Source of the DNA: Candidatus Heimdallarchaeota archaeon B3_Heim
Lineage (GTDB): Archaea; Asgardarchaeota; Heimdallarchaeia; Hodarchaeales; Hodarchaeaceae
Length of the DNA stretch: 32,000 nucleotides
Direction of reading: 5' to 3'
NCBI GenBank assembly: GCA_003144275.1
Contig: NJBF01000020.1
Span: forward strand, 30,001 to 62,000
Shown: positions 1 to 8,771 of the stretch, piece after piece
Position numbering within the stretch: position 1 is the stretch's first letter
Layout of the letters: each line of letters begins with the position of its first letter
Notes under the pieces: generated by a model
The model's input: only the letters and a program-made list of their open reading frames with translations
Database searches by the model: none
Told to the model about the DNA's origin: nothing
Made by a program: the position numbers and the translations under genes

Positions 1-876
1 AAATCGACCAGTAGTTACATCTACGCCAGCAGTTTTTAATTCTGCTAATGCAACTGCCTTTTCCTTTACAGTTCGGAATTTAACCTGTTCAAATGCATCC
101 TCAACTGCAGGGAAGGTAAATTGTTCATCATTACTTGCAGTAAAGGTTTGTCCCCATCCAAACCAGTCGTCGAATCTATCGAAAAGCACATAATCTTGTA
201 AGGCCGTTTCTTTGAACTTATATGGGCCACAAGATACTGGAGCTTCTCTGAAGGCTTCCATTTTTGCCTGACAAACCTCAGTCGTGTCAGTGTAGGTTCC
301 TTGAATATTGTAGGGTACAAGCATTAAGAAATTCCACTTACCTTGGATATCAAAGACAAACATAGGATCAGGGAAATAACCATCTGAGAATGTAACTACA
401 AGGCCATCACCGTTAGGATCGGTAGCGGGGTAGCTAACATTATATCCAGAGTCTAGCCATTCAAGTTCAGAATATGACATATTGTCGTAGTCATAATAAG
501 CCATATAATTGGCAATCATACTGTATCTGACGGTTTTGGCGTCAAGTACAGATCCATCGTGGAATTTTGCACCTTCACGAAGAGTAAAGGTCCATTCATC
601 TCCAGCTTCGTTAACCGTAAAGCTCGTAGCCATTCCAGGCATTGTGACAATAGTTTCACCTGGAGCCATCATACCAAGGTATCCTTGGTATTGGTAAGCT
701 ACGTGTGCGTCATAAGCAGAGTTATGAGAACGGTAACGATTATCAAGGTGTAATATATCTTCTTCGATTTGAACTACAAGCATATCATGTGCTGCAGATT
801 CTCCAACACATCCACTAAGGATAGATATTGCGAATATTCCTATCAAAGCAAATGTTACACGGTATTTTCCATTCAT
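1..876 (-). CDS. ABC transporter substrate-binding protein, family 5 (OppA/DppA-like), lipoprotein-type N-terminus; truncated by the window edge
   Basis: Not in the ORF track. I translated it from ATG at 876-874, which follows a GGAG RBS; the frame is open to position 1. It reads MNGKYRVTFALIGIFAISILSGCVGES..., with a lipobox (LSGC) and the SBP_bac_5 hallmarks 'PGMATSFTVNEAGDEWTFTLREGAKFHDGSVLDAKTVRYS' and 'PVSCGPYKF'. Confidence 0.88.
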   Translation of the reverse strand, partial: MNGKYRVTFALIGIFAISILSGCVGESAAHDMLVVQIEEDILHLDNRYRSHNSAYDAHVAYQYQGYLGMMAPGETIVTMPGMATSFTVNEAGDEWTFTLREGAKFHDGSVLDAKTVRYSMIANYMAYYDYDNMSYSELEWLDSGYNVSYPATDPNGDGLVVTFSDGYFPDPMFVFDIQGKWNFLMLVPYNIQGTYTDTTEVCQAKMEAFREAPVSCGPYKFKETALQDYVLFDRFDDWFGWGQTFTASNDEQFTFPAVEDAFEQVKFRTVKEKAVALAELKTAGVDVTTGRF

Positions 877-1250
877 TATTAATTCTCCATAAACACAACG
901 CTCTTGAACAGCTCTATTTGTAGAAGATTGGGAGTGATTGATTTTAATTACTTCGCTCATTCTCTGAGGGACAGAATTCAATGGATCAGTGGAATCATTA
1001 AAAGAGCATGTAGAGTTTCGTGCAAATCCAACCATCAGGAGATTATATATAAATATACCGAACGGTGCTATTGGATCAATCCACTTGGGGAATAGATTTT
1101 TCTCCTTCTAGTATAAAGATAAAAAAGAGAATGCAATTTAAACAAATCTTTTGTAGCAGTATCAGTCTATTTCAAAGGTCTGTAACTAGATTTTACTTAA
1201 AATGTCTCTAATTCATTTTTCCAAGTGTACTTGGAGATATTTTTTTTTTT

Positions 1251-1808
1251 TTGAAGAAAACCAAGATATGTAACAATCAGAAACCATTTATTTCAACCAT
1301 TTTTCAATCAGTTCTTGACCGACTTATGGTGAGTCAAGAAACTAAAAGCATCATGTTTAATGTTTTGCTTTCTGGAATAATTTATGTGTTAATTTACACA
1401 TCACTATTCTATTTCGTGTATCCAATTGATTTGACAGAAAGTTCGAATTATTTAGCGCGTATTTTAGGATCTGCGTTCTTCTTTGGAGCTTTTAGTGGTT
1501 TTTTTACAGGTTTATTTGCTGGTATCCGAGTCAATTATTTGAATTTAAAATCCCCCTTAAGCTCAGGATTGAAAGCAGGATTAATTTCCGTAATTATTGG
1601 ATCAATCCTTTTCCCCCCATTTGGTGCATTTGTACAGGTTAATATCTTTGGCGATAGACCAAGTGCATTTTTATTAAATCTCTCATACCTAACGAATCTA
1701 TCCCTAGTAGGAGTCTGGCCTGGAGCATTTGTGGGAGTCATAACTGGGGCTCTCGGTGGTGTGTTATCTAGTGATATTGTACAATTTCCAAAGGAATCCC
1801 AAAATTAG
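1251..1808 (+). CDS. Hypothetical multi-pass membrane protein, glycine-rich helices (true start may be ATG 1326)
   Basis: About four hydrophobic segments with GxxxG repeats (GAFSGFFTGLFAG, GAFVGVITGALGG). The TTG start follows a 13-T run. Confidence 0.6.
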   Translation: MKKTKICNNQKPFISTIFQSVLDRLMVSQETKSIMFNVLLSGIIYVLIYTSLFYFVYPIDLTESSNYLARILGSAFFFGAFSGFFTGLFAGIRVNYLNLKSPLSSGLKAGLISVIIGSILFPPFGAFVQVNIFGDRPSAFLLNLSYLTNLSLVGVWPGAFVGVITGALGGVLSSDIVQFPKESQN

Positions 1809-1870
1809 ATGAAGCTCATTAAATTTCAAATCATTCTAGCTTAACAAAAAGTTATCTTGTAGGAAACCTA

Positions 1871-2917
1871 TTATTTATCTTTTTTATCAAAGACTTTTGA
1901 ACAAATTTTATTAATTTCTAAACGAGAAGGAGGTTCTCTCATTCCTCCCTCTCGTGTACGATGAAGGAGAGTTAAATAAGCACAATTTAGAATATCTTCA
2001 TTAGTAACTGCGATTCTGCCTTCAAAAGCTGCTTTTGCGCGACTAGAACGAGCTAGGACAATATCACTTCTGAATCCATCAACCTTTAAATTCATACATA
2101 TAGTAGAGATATATTTTTTATTATTTTCACTCAGTTGAACTGATGGTAGGAGTTTACGAGCATTATCAATTCTTTCCTGAATTTCATCATCCATCTCTCG
2201 ATATTTTTGTAGCTGTCCGTTGGCCTTTTCCAATACCAAATTTAATTCGATTACCCGTATTCTCTCTTGAATGTCTTGAACATTCCCTGCTTCTGCGTAT
2301 AAACTCAATCTGTCTAATAATTGAGGTCTTAAATCTCCCTCTTCAGGATTCATTGTCCCTACTAATATGAAATTACTGGGATGTTGGATTGAAATGTTCT
2401 CCCGTTCAATGATATTCCACCCTGAAGCAGCACAATCTAGAATTGTATCAACTAAATGATCTGGGAGTAAATTTATTTCATCGATATATAGAATGTCCTG
2501 ATTCACATAAGCCAATATTCCAGGTGATAAAGCCTCGATTCCAGATTCGATTATCTTCTCAATATCTAATGAGCCAATAACTCTATCCTCTGTTGCACCC
2601 AACGGTAAAGTGACAATTTTCATTTGTCTCCATGAATGGTCTAGTATAGAATTTTTTGTCATATATTCCTCCCTACAATCCTCACACATCATATTCGGGT
2701 TTTCTGGAGAGCACTGAAATGAGCATTTTCTTACACGAATTTGAGGTAAGACAGAATTCAGTGCTCTTACCAGAGTACTCTTACCTGTACCTTTAGGACC
2801 AGATATTAGCACTCCTCCAATTTTGGGGTCAATAATTGTGAGTATTAAGGCTAATTTAGGATCCGATAAACCGATTAGTGCTGAAAATGGAAGAATGAAC
2901 TCGTTTGTGCTATTCAT
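1871..2917 (-). CDS. Magnesium/cobalt chelatase subunit I (ChlI/BchI)-like AAA+ ATPase
   Basis: Walker A GPKGTGKS; 'LPLGATEDRVIGSLDIEK'; Walker B 'ILYIDEINLL'; 'GTMNPEEGDLRPQLLDR'; lid region 'VDGFRSDIV...AAFEGR'. Confidence 0.88.
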   Translation of the reverse strand: MNSTNEFILPFSALIGLSDPKLALILTIIDPKIGGVLISGPKGTGKSTLVRALNSVLPQIRVRKCSFQCSPENPNMMCEDCREEYMTKNSILDHSWRQMKIVTLPLGATEDRVIGSLDIEKIIESGIEALSPGILAYVNQDILYIDEINLLPDHLVDTILDCAASGWNIIERENISIQHPSNFILVGTMNPEEGDLRPQLLDRLSLYAEAGNVQDIQERIRVIELNLVLEKANGQLQKYREMDDEIQERIDNARKLLPSVQLSENNKKYISTICMNLKVDGFRSDIVLARSSRAKAAFEGRIAVTNEDILNCAYLTLLHRTREGGMREPPSRLEINKICSKVFDKKDK

Positions 2918-3158
2918 CGAATTTCACATTCAAGAAAATCATAGTTGTATAAAATAACTTCTGATAGATGCTATTATCAAATGATAAAACTCAGTTTATA
3001 TACCAAATATCAGAATTTACTCTTCGGGGATACATTGAAAAAAGCCTTCCTTTTCAGAATATTGCCACCTTGATTTGATCTAAGAAATAACCTATGTATC
3101 AAGAAAGGTCAAAATTATTCATATACAAAGTATAAAGAAATCTTATTAGTGATCGAGA

Positions 3159-4649
3159 ATGAATGAAAAGAATTTTGAGTTAACTGGGGAAAATCTCACC
3201 ATAGATGAATTATATGAAATAATGAAACAAAATTTTGAAATTAAACTATCAGGAAGTGCTCAAGACAAAATAAATCGATCTGCTCAAATCGTCCAAGCTA
3301 TTTTAGCTGATAAAAAAAGCATTTACGGAATTACTACTGGATTTGGCTATCTTCAGAAGGTTAATATATCCTTAAATGACACAAAGAAATTACAGGAGAA
3401 TTTGATTATTAGTCATTCGGCAGGGGTCGGACCTGAATTATCCCATGATATAGTTAGAGGAATGATGGCGTTAAAAATTAATAAATTTGCTCGTGGCCAT
3501 TCTGGAATACGTTTAGCTGTAGTGGATTATCTATTAAAGCTATTAAATAATAATATCATTCCTTCAGTCCCTTCAAAAGGTAGCTTGGGCGCAAGTGGTG
3601 ATTTAGCTCCTTTAGCTCATCTATCGTTGGTTTTATTAGGAAAAGGGCATGCTTATCATAACGGAAAGAAGATGACTGGTGAAGATGCCTTAAAACGTGT
3701 TAATTTGAAACCACTTGAACTTATTGCAAAAGAAGGATTAGCTCTACTCAATGGAACTCAAGCAATGACTTCTGTTGCCGCTTCATCCATTAAGAATGCA
3801 TATTATCTAGTTAAAATTGCAAACATTGCTACAGCACTGAGTATGGAGATCCATGCGGGTAATTTAGACAGTTTACATCCTTTGATTCATCAAGCTCGGC
3901 CACACAGTGGGCAAATAGAAGCAGCTAGAATGATCTTAGGTTATTTAGAGGGAAGTAAGTGTACACAAAAATTAATTGGTAGACAAGATGCATACTCAAT
4001 TCGTTGTGCCCCAGCGGTTCATGGAGCAGTGCACGACACAATCGATCACGCTAAACGAGTAACCGAAATTGAAATGAACGCATCTACGGACAACCCGTTA
4101 TTGTTCTCTGTCGATCAAGTTTATAGTGGCGGTAATTTTCACGGAGAACCGATTGCTTTCATATTGGATTTCCTAGGAATTGCTCTAACAGAATTAGGTA
4201 ACATTTCAGAGAGAAGAATCGAGAGATTGTTGAATCCAACGTTAAGTAATCTACCTGCGTTTTTAACCTCTAATACTGGACTTAATTCTGGACTTATGAT
4301 TGCTCAATATACTGCTGTTGCATTAACCTCTGAAAACAGACAGTTATCTACACCAGCCTCTATTGATACTACCTCAGTGTCTGCAAATCAAGAAGATCAT
4401 GTCAGTATGGGTATGAACGCGGCGAATAAACTCATAAAAATTATAGATAATCTGCAATATATTGTAGGTATCGAACTACTATGCGCAGGTCAAGCGATTG
4501 ATTTAGCCGATATTAAAGATAAACTTTCACCTCAATGTAAAGAAGTATTCAGAACTATTAGATCACATGTTTCTTATATGGACCAAGATCGCGAACTGGC
4601 TCCTGATATTGAACAGTGTGCTTCATTAATTAAAGAATTTAAATTATAG
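3159..4649 (+). CDS. hutH: Histidine ammonia-lyase
   Basis: YGITTGFG; SH specificity motif (LIISHSAG); MIO-forming ASG in GSLGASGDLAPL; KEGLALLNGT; QDAYSIRC; GGNFHGEP; SANQEDHVSMG. Confidence 0.96.
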   Translation: MNEKNFELTGENLTIDELYEIMKQNFEIKLSGSAQDKINRSAQIVQAILADKKSIYGITTGFGYLQKVNISLNDTKKLQENLIISHSAGVGPELSHDIVRGMMALKINKFARGHSGIRLAVVDYLLKLLNNNIIPSVPSKGSLGASGDLAPLAHLSLVLLGKGHAYHNGKKMTGEDALKRVNLKPLELIAKEGLALLNGTQAMTSVAASSIKNAYYLVKIANIATALSMEIHAGNLDSLHPLIHQARPHSGQIEAARMILGYLEGSKCTQKLIGRQDAYSIRCAPAVHGAVHDTIDHAKRVTEIEMNASTDNPLLFSVDQVYSGGNFHGEPIAFILDFLGIALTELGNISERRIERLLNPTLSNLPAFLTSNTGLNSGLMIAQYTAVALTSENRQLSTPASIDTTSVSANQEDHVSMGMNAANKLIKIIDNLQYIVGIELLCAGQAIDLADIKDKLSPQCKEVFRTIRSHVSYMDQDRELAPDIEQCASLIKEFKL

Positions 4650-5831
4650 ATTATCTTTGAAGTAATTGTAAAAACCCAAGAGAGCGTAAATGGCTGTTCC
4701 TTTCCAAAGAACTGACTCATCTACATTAAATTTCGGATGATGGTGAGGAAAATCTATGCCCTTCTCCTTATTCTGAATCCCTAGGGTAATGAAAGCGCCT
4801 TTTGCCACTTGAAGATAAAATGAAAAATCCTCTCCTACCATAGTTTGCTCCATATTTTTAATTTGGCCAACAGGTTGAAGAAGTGGTCTGATATTGTCAA
4901 CAATCTTAGCATCGTTTATAACTGCAGGATAAGCCATAGGATCGAACTCTACTATTCCTTTACATCTCCAAGCAGCACAATAACCCTCCACAATCTGTTC
5001 AATCCGCTGAATTAAATATCTCCTGACTTCAGGATTCATTGTTCTGAGAGTTCCACGAATGATTGCCTGATTGGGGATAATATTATGGGCATCACTGGCC
5101 ATTAGGACTGGAAGAGATAATACAATTTGTTCAAAAGGATCTACTTCACGGGGAATGAGTTTTTGTAATGCATTGTAGATATCAACTAAGACACTTGTAG
5201 GATCAATTGTTTGCTGGGGAGCCGCGGCATGACCCCCTTTCCCAATAATTTTAATCTCAAATCGATCAGATGAGGCAAAAACAGGCCCTTTGCGAATTCC
5301 GATTATACCTGAAGGCAATGGAATCCAAACATGAAGTCCAAATATTGTATCAACATCTTTAAGGTGATCTTCTTCGACAATTTTTTTCGCTCCCCCACCT
5401 CCCTCTTCTGCAGGTTGAAAGAAGAATTTAACGATTCCAGAAAGTTGCTCACGATATTTATTTATCAGTTTAGCAGCACCCAGCAAGCAAGCTGTGTGTG
5501 CATCATGACCACAAGCATGCATTTTGCCTTCTATCTGACTCATATAATCTGTTATATTTTCTTCACGGATATTCAGAGCATCTATATCAGCTCGTAATGC
5601 TGTTGTATTTCCTTTCGATGACCCTTCAATAACGGCAAGAACTCCTGTTCCAGCAATACGTTGTGATTGTAAGCCTATCTTTCTTAATTCGCTTTCGATA
5701 AATTTTGCCGTATTTTCTTCTTCATATAGAGTTTCTGGATGCATATGGATATATTGGCGAGTTTTTATGATATATGATTCAAGTTCCTTTGCCTCTTGAA
5801 TGATCTTTTGCGTTAGTTCTTCCTTATCCAT
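4644..5831 (-). CDS. M20D-family amidohydrolase (N-acyl-amino acid amidohydrolase/hippuricase-like)
   Basis: HMHPE, LRADIDAL, MHACGHDAH, FQPAEEG, GKGGHAA, GEDFSFY and HHP motifs; GGTGA RBS upstream. Confidence 0.92.
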   Translation of the reverse strand: MDKEELTQKIIQEAKELESYIIKTRQYIHMHPETLYEEENTAKFIESELRKIGLQSQRIAGTGVLAVIEGSSKGNTTALRADIDALNIREENITDYMSQIEGKMHACGHDAHTACLLGAAKLINKYREQLSGIVKFFFQPAEEGGGGAKKIVEEDHLKDVDTIFGLHVWIPLPSGIIGIRKGPVFASSDRFEIKIIGKGGHAAAPQQTIDPTSVLVDIYNALQKLIPREVDPFEQIVLSLPVLMASDAHNIIPNQAIIRGTLRTMNPEVRRYLIQRIEQIVEGYCAAWRCKGIVEFDPMAYPAVINDAKIVDNIRPLLQPVGQIKNMEQTMVGEDFSFYLQVAKGAFITLGIQNKEKGIDFPHHHPKFNVDESVLWKGTAIYALLGFYNYFKDNL

Positions 5832-6061
5832 GATTCATACTCACCTGATTCTTTTCTAATGACTAATCTTATCGTTTAGAGAAGATTTTAATGCCTTAAT
5901 GACATTTTCTCTTCTAGAAAATCTGTGATGGTAATTTTAAAAATGAAATCAGACCTCAAACAGAAAAACCAACCTCTACTGATAATTTTATTTGAACAAT
6001 TCAGTGGTCACAAAACTTAAACAATTCAGAAAAAACCATTATGCAATAAGAAATTTTTTGA

Positions 6062-7405
6062 GTGGATAGAATAATGGATTTACCAAAAGCTCTTGAGCTA
6101 ATAGAAGAAAAAGAGGTTAAAGAACTAGCTTTACAATTCACTGATTTATCAGGAATATTACACACACTCTGGGTACCTACTCAAGCTATATCTCAGATAA
6201 TGAAAGATGGGATTCATACTGATGGTTCCTCGCTAAGTAAAATGGTAGATGTAAGTAAGAGTGATGTTAAATTAGTTCCTGATTTGAACAGTTTTGTGAT
6301 TTTCCCTCCTCAATTATTTGATTATAATGTCGCACGAGTAGTTTGCGACATTTATGAGCCCGATTCAAACGTACCATTTAGTTTAGACCCAAGATATATA
6401 CTAAGAAAAGTTCTTACCTCTCTCCAAGATCAATTAGGTCCAAAAGTAATAGGAATTGCCTCTAGTGAAATAGAATTTTTCCTGTTTGAAGAAGGGGAAG
6501 ATCAACATCTTCAACTCATTGACAACGCAGGCTACTTAGCCTCACCTCCTAAAGATCGTGGAACGCAGCTACGTCATAATATCACTGAAGCGTTAAGAAA
6601 TATTGGGATTATTATAGAGAAGCATCACCATGAAGTTCCCGCAGGCAAAAGTGAGTTTAACGTTCCATATTCCGAAGCCCTACAAATGGTAGATACAATA
6701 TATTTAATCAAGTTCATTACTAAGCTGATGGCGAACCGATTTGGGTTCATTGCTTCATTTATGCCAAAACCCTTTCATGGAGAATATGGTGCTGGACTTC
6801 ATACTCATATTAATCTTCGAGATCAAGAAAAAGAGCTAAATTTATTTTCCAATTCAAGTGAAAACACAAAATTAAGCCCATTAGCCCGAAATTTCCTAGC
6901 GGGAATATTAATCCATGCGAAAGGCCTTGCATTATTAACAAATCCATCTGTTAATTCATATAAACGGCTTGTACCAGGCTGGGAAGCCCCTGTATACATA
7001 TCTTGGGCTAACTATAATCGATCAACTCTTATCAGAATTCCCCCTGGTAGTAAAAAAGCGGCTCGTTTGGAATATCGTCCCACTGATGGATCATGCAATT
7101 TTTATCTCGCTTACGCAGGACTATTTTCATCTGGTTTGAATGGGGTTAAATTACAGTTGAAGCCCCCTACTCCAGTTGAAGAGAATATTTATGACATGTC
7201 TACAGACGAACGTAAAAAAAGGGGAATTAAAGTGCTTCCGGGAAATCTTGGAGAAGCAATTTTCGAATTTTCAAAGGATAGATTTTTTGAAGATGTCCTT
7301 GGCTCGAAATTTGTTCAAAAATACGTTACACTAAAAATGAGTGAATGGAAGGAATTTAGTGTTTATGTTCATAAATGGGAAAGAGACAGATATATCGATG
7401 TTTAA
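6062..7405 (+). CDS. glnA: Glutamine synthetase type I family protein (GS or gamma-glutamyl ligase)
   Basis: DGSS, EIEFFLF, HHEV, FMPKP, YKRLVPGWEAP, NRSTLIRIP, RLEYRP; C-terminal 'VHKWERDRY'. Confidence 0.85.
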   Translation: MDRIMDLPKALELIEEKEVKELALQFTDLSGILHTLWVPTQAISQIMKDGIHTDGSSLSKMVDVSKSDVKLVPDLNSFVIFPPQLFDYNVARVVCDIYEPDSNVPFSLDPRYILRKVLTSLQDQLGPKVIGIASSEIEFFLFEEGEDQHLQLIDNAGYLASPPKDRGTQLRHNITEALRNIGIIIEKHHHEVPAGKSEFNVPYSEALQMVDTIYLIKFITKLMANRFGFIASFMPKPFHGEYGAGLHTHINLRDQEKELNLFSNSSENTKLSPLARNFLAGILIHAKGLALLTNPSVNSYKRLVPGWEAPVYISWANYNRSTLIRIPPGSKKAARLEYRPTDGSCNFYLAYAGLFSSGLNGVKLQLKPPTPVEENIYDMSTDERKKRGIKVLPGNLGEAIFEFSKDRFFEDVLGSKFVQKYVTLKMSEWKEFSVYVHKWERDRYIDV

Positions 7406-7427
7406 AATACTACCAGTGGGAATATAA

Positions 7428-8714
7428 ATGGTAATACAAGCAGACTTTGTCATAATTAATGCAAATGAACTAGTGACATTAGCTGGTTCAAGCGAAACTC
7501 CTCGTACTAAAGAAAAGATGAAAGACCTTGGTATTGTGAATAATGGAGCGGTAGCTGTTAAAGATGGAAAAATAGTTGCTGTAGGCAAAACAAATGAAGT
7601 ATTAAGGCAACTAGATACAGGATATGAAGTTATTGATGCCACAAATAAACTAGTAACACCAGGATTGATAGATCCTCATGTTCATTTAGTTTTTGCAGGA
7701 ACCAGAGAAGACGAATTAGAAAAAATGGCTGTATTAGGAATCTCATATTTAGAAATAAAAGAACAGGGAGGAGGAATGAATAAGTCCCTCAAATTGACAT
7801 CTGAGACCAGTTTTGAGGATCAGATCAGAATAACCTCCAAAATATTGGATAAAATGCTCATTCACGGGACAACAACGATTGAAGCTAAAAGCGGATATGA
7901 AATGACTTTCCATGGTGAGATTAAACAACTGGAAATAATTAAATCACTTAACGAATCCCATCCACTGGATCTAGTTCCCACTTTTCTTGCTCAAGGTATC
8001 CCACCAGAATATGAGGATAATTCTGATTTATTAGTGAGTGAAATTGCCGAAAAATGGATTCCTGAGATCGCAAAAAGAAATCTAGCAGAATATGCAGATG
8101 TTTTTTGTGAAAAAGGGTATTATAATCTTGAACAAACTCGTAGAATCCTACTCTCTGCTCGAAAACATGGCTTGAAACTACGGAATCATTGTGATTGGTT
8201 GGCTCATAGCGGAGGTACTCGCTTATCTGCTGAAATAGGGGATATCGTATCCGTCGATCATTTAATTTGGACTCCTCTAGAAGAAGTAGATGCCCTTCAA
8301 GGACAAAAGACGATAATTGTATTTTTACCAACATCCCCGTTTTGTTATGTGAATAAATACGCACCTGCGCGCGAAATAATCGATCGTGGAATGCCTGTTG
8401 CTTTAGCAACAGACGTGAGTGCGGCAAACATGTGCGAATCTATGCAAATGATGATGACGCTTGCAGTACTTCGTATGGAGATGACTGCAGCTGAAGCCCT
8501 AACTGCTTCGACTATAAATGCAGCCCATTCAATAAATCGAGCTCATGAAATTGGTTCATTAGAAGTAGGAAAAAAAGCAGATATCGTCCTTTTTGATGCT
8601 CCTAATCATCGATTCTTTGCATATAATTACGGAATTAACCTTGTTGAGAAAGTTCTCAAAGATGGGAATTTGGTGGTTGTTAGAGGAAGAAGAACTGATT
8701 CAGATATATCATAA
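7428..8714 (+). CDS. hutI: Imidazolonepropionase (HutI)-like metal-dependent amidohydrolase with substituted substrate-binding residues
   Basis: PGLIDPHVHLVFAGTRE, SYLEIKEQGGG, GTTTIEAKSGY, DVFCEKG, DHL, ALATD, GSLEVGKKAD. It aligns end to end with recalled Bacillus-type HutI, but several specificity motifs differ (see findings). Confidence 0.78.
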   Translation: MVIQADFVIINANELVTLAGSSETPRTKEKMKDLGIVNNGAVAVKDGKIVAVGKTNEVLRQLDTGYEVIDATNKLVTPGLIDPHVHLVFAGTREDELEKMAVLGISYLEIKEQGGGMNKSLKLTSETSFEDQIRITSKILDKMLIHGTTTIEAKSGYEMTFHGEIKQLEIIKSLNESHPLDLVPTFLAQGIPPEYEDNSDLLVSEIAEKWIPEIAKRNLAEYADVFCEKGYYNLEQTRRILLSARKHGLKLRNHCDWLAHSGGTRLSAEIGDIVSVDHLIWTPLEEVDALQGQKTIIVFLPTSPFCYVNKYAPAREIIDRGMPVALATDVSAANMCESMQMMMTLAVLRMEMTAAEALTASTINAAHSINRAHEIGSLEVGKKADIVLFDAPNHRFFAYNYGINLVEKVLKDGNLVVVRGRRTDSDIS

Positions 8715-8771
8715 GAGGTAAGAAAGATACAAAAAAGAATTTCTCCCTTTTTTCTTATCAATAGTATCCTC

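Noticed and set aside
66-1095. Short ORF-track calls at 66-320, 509-697, 559-753 and 904-1095
   Set aside because: The first three overlap the real minus-strand SBP gene in other frames or antisense; the last is a motif-less ORF in the promoter region.
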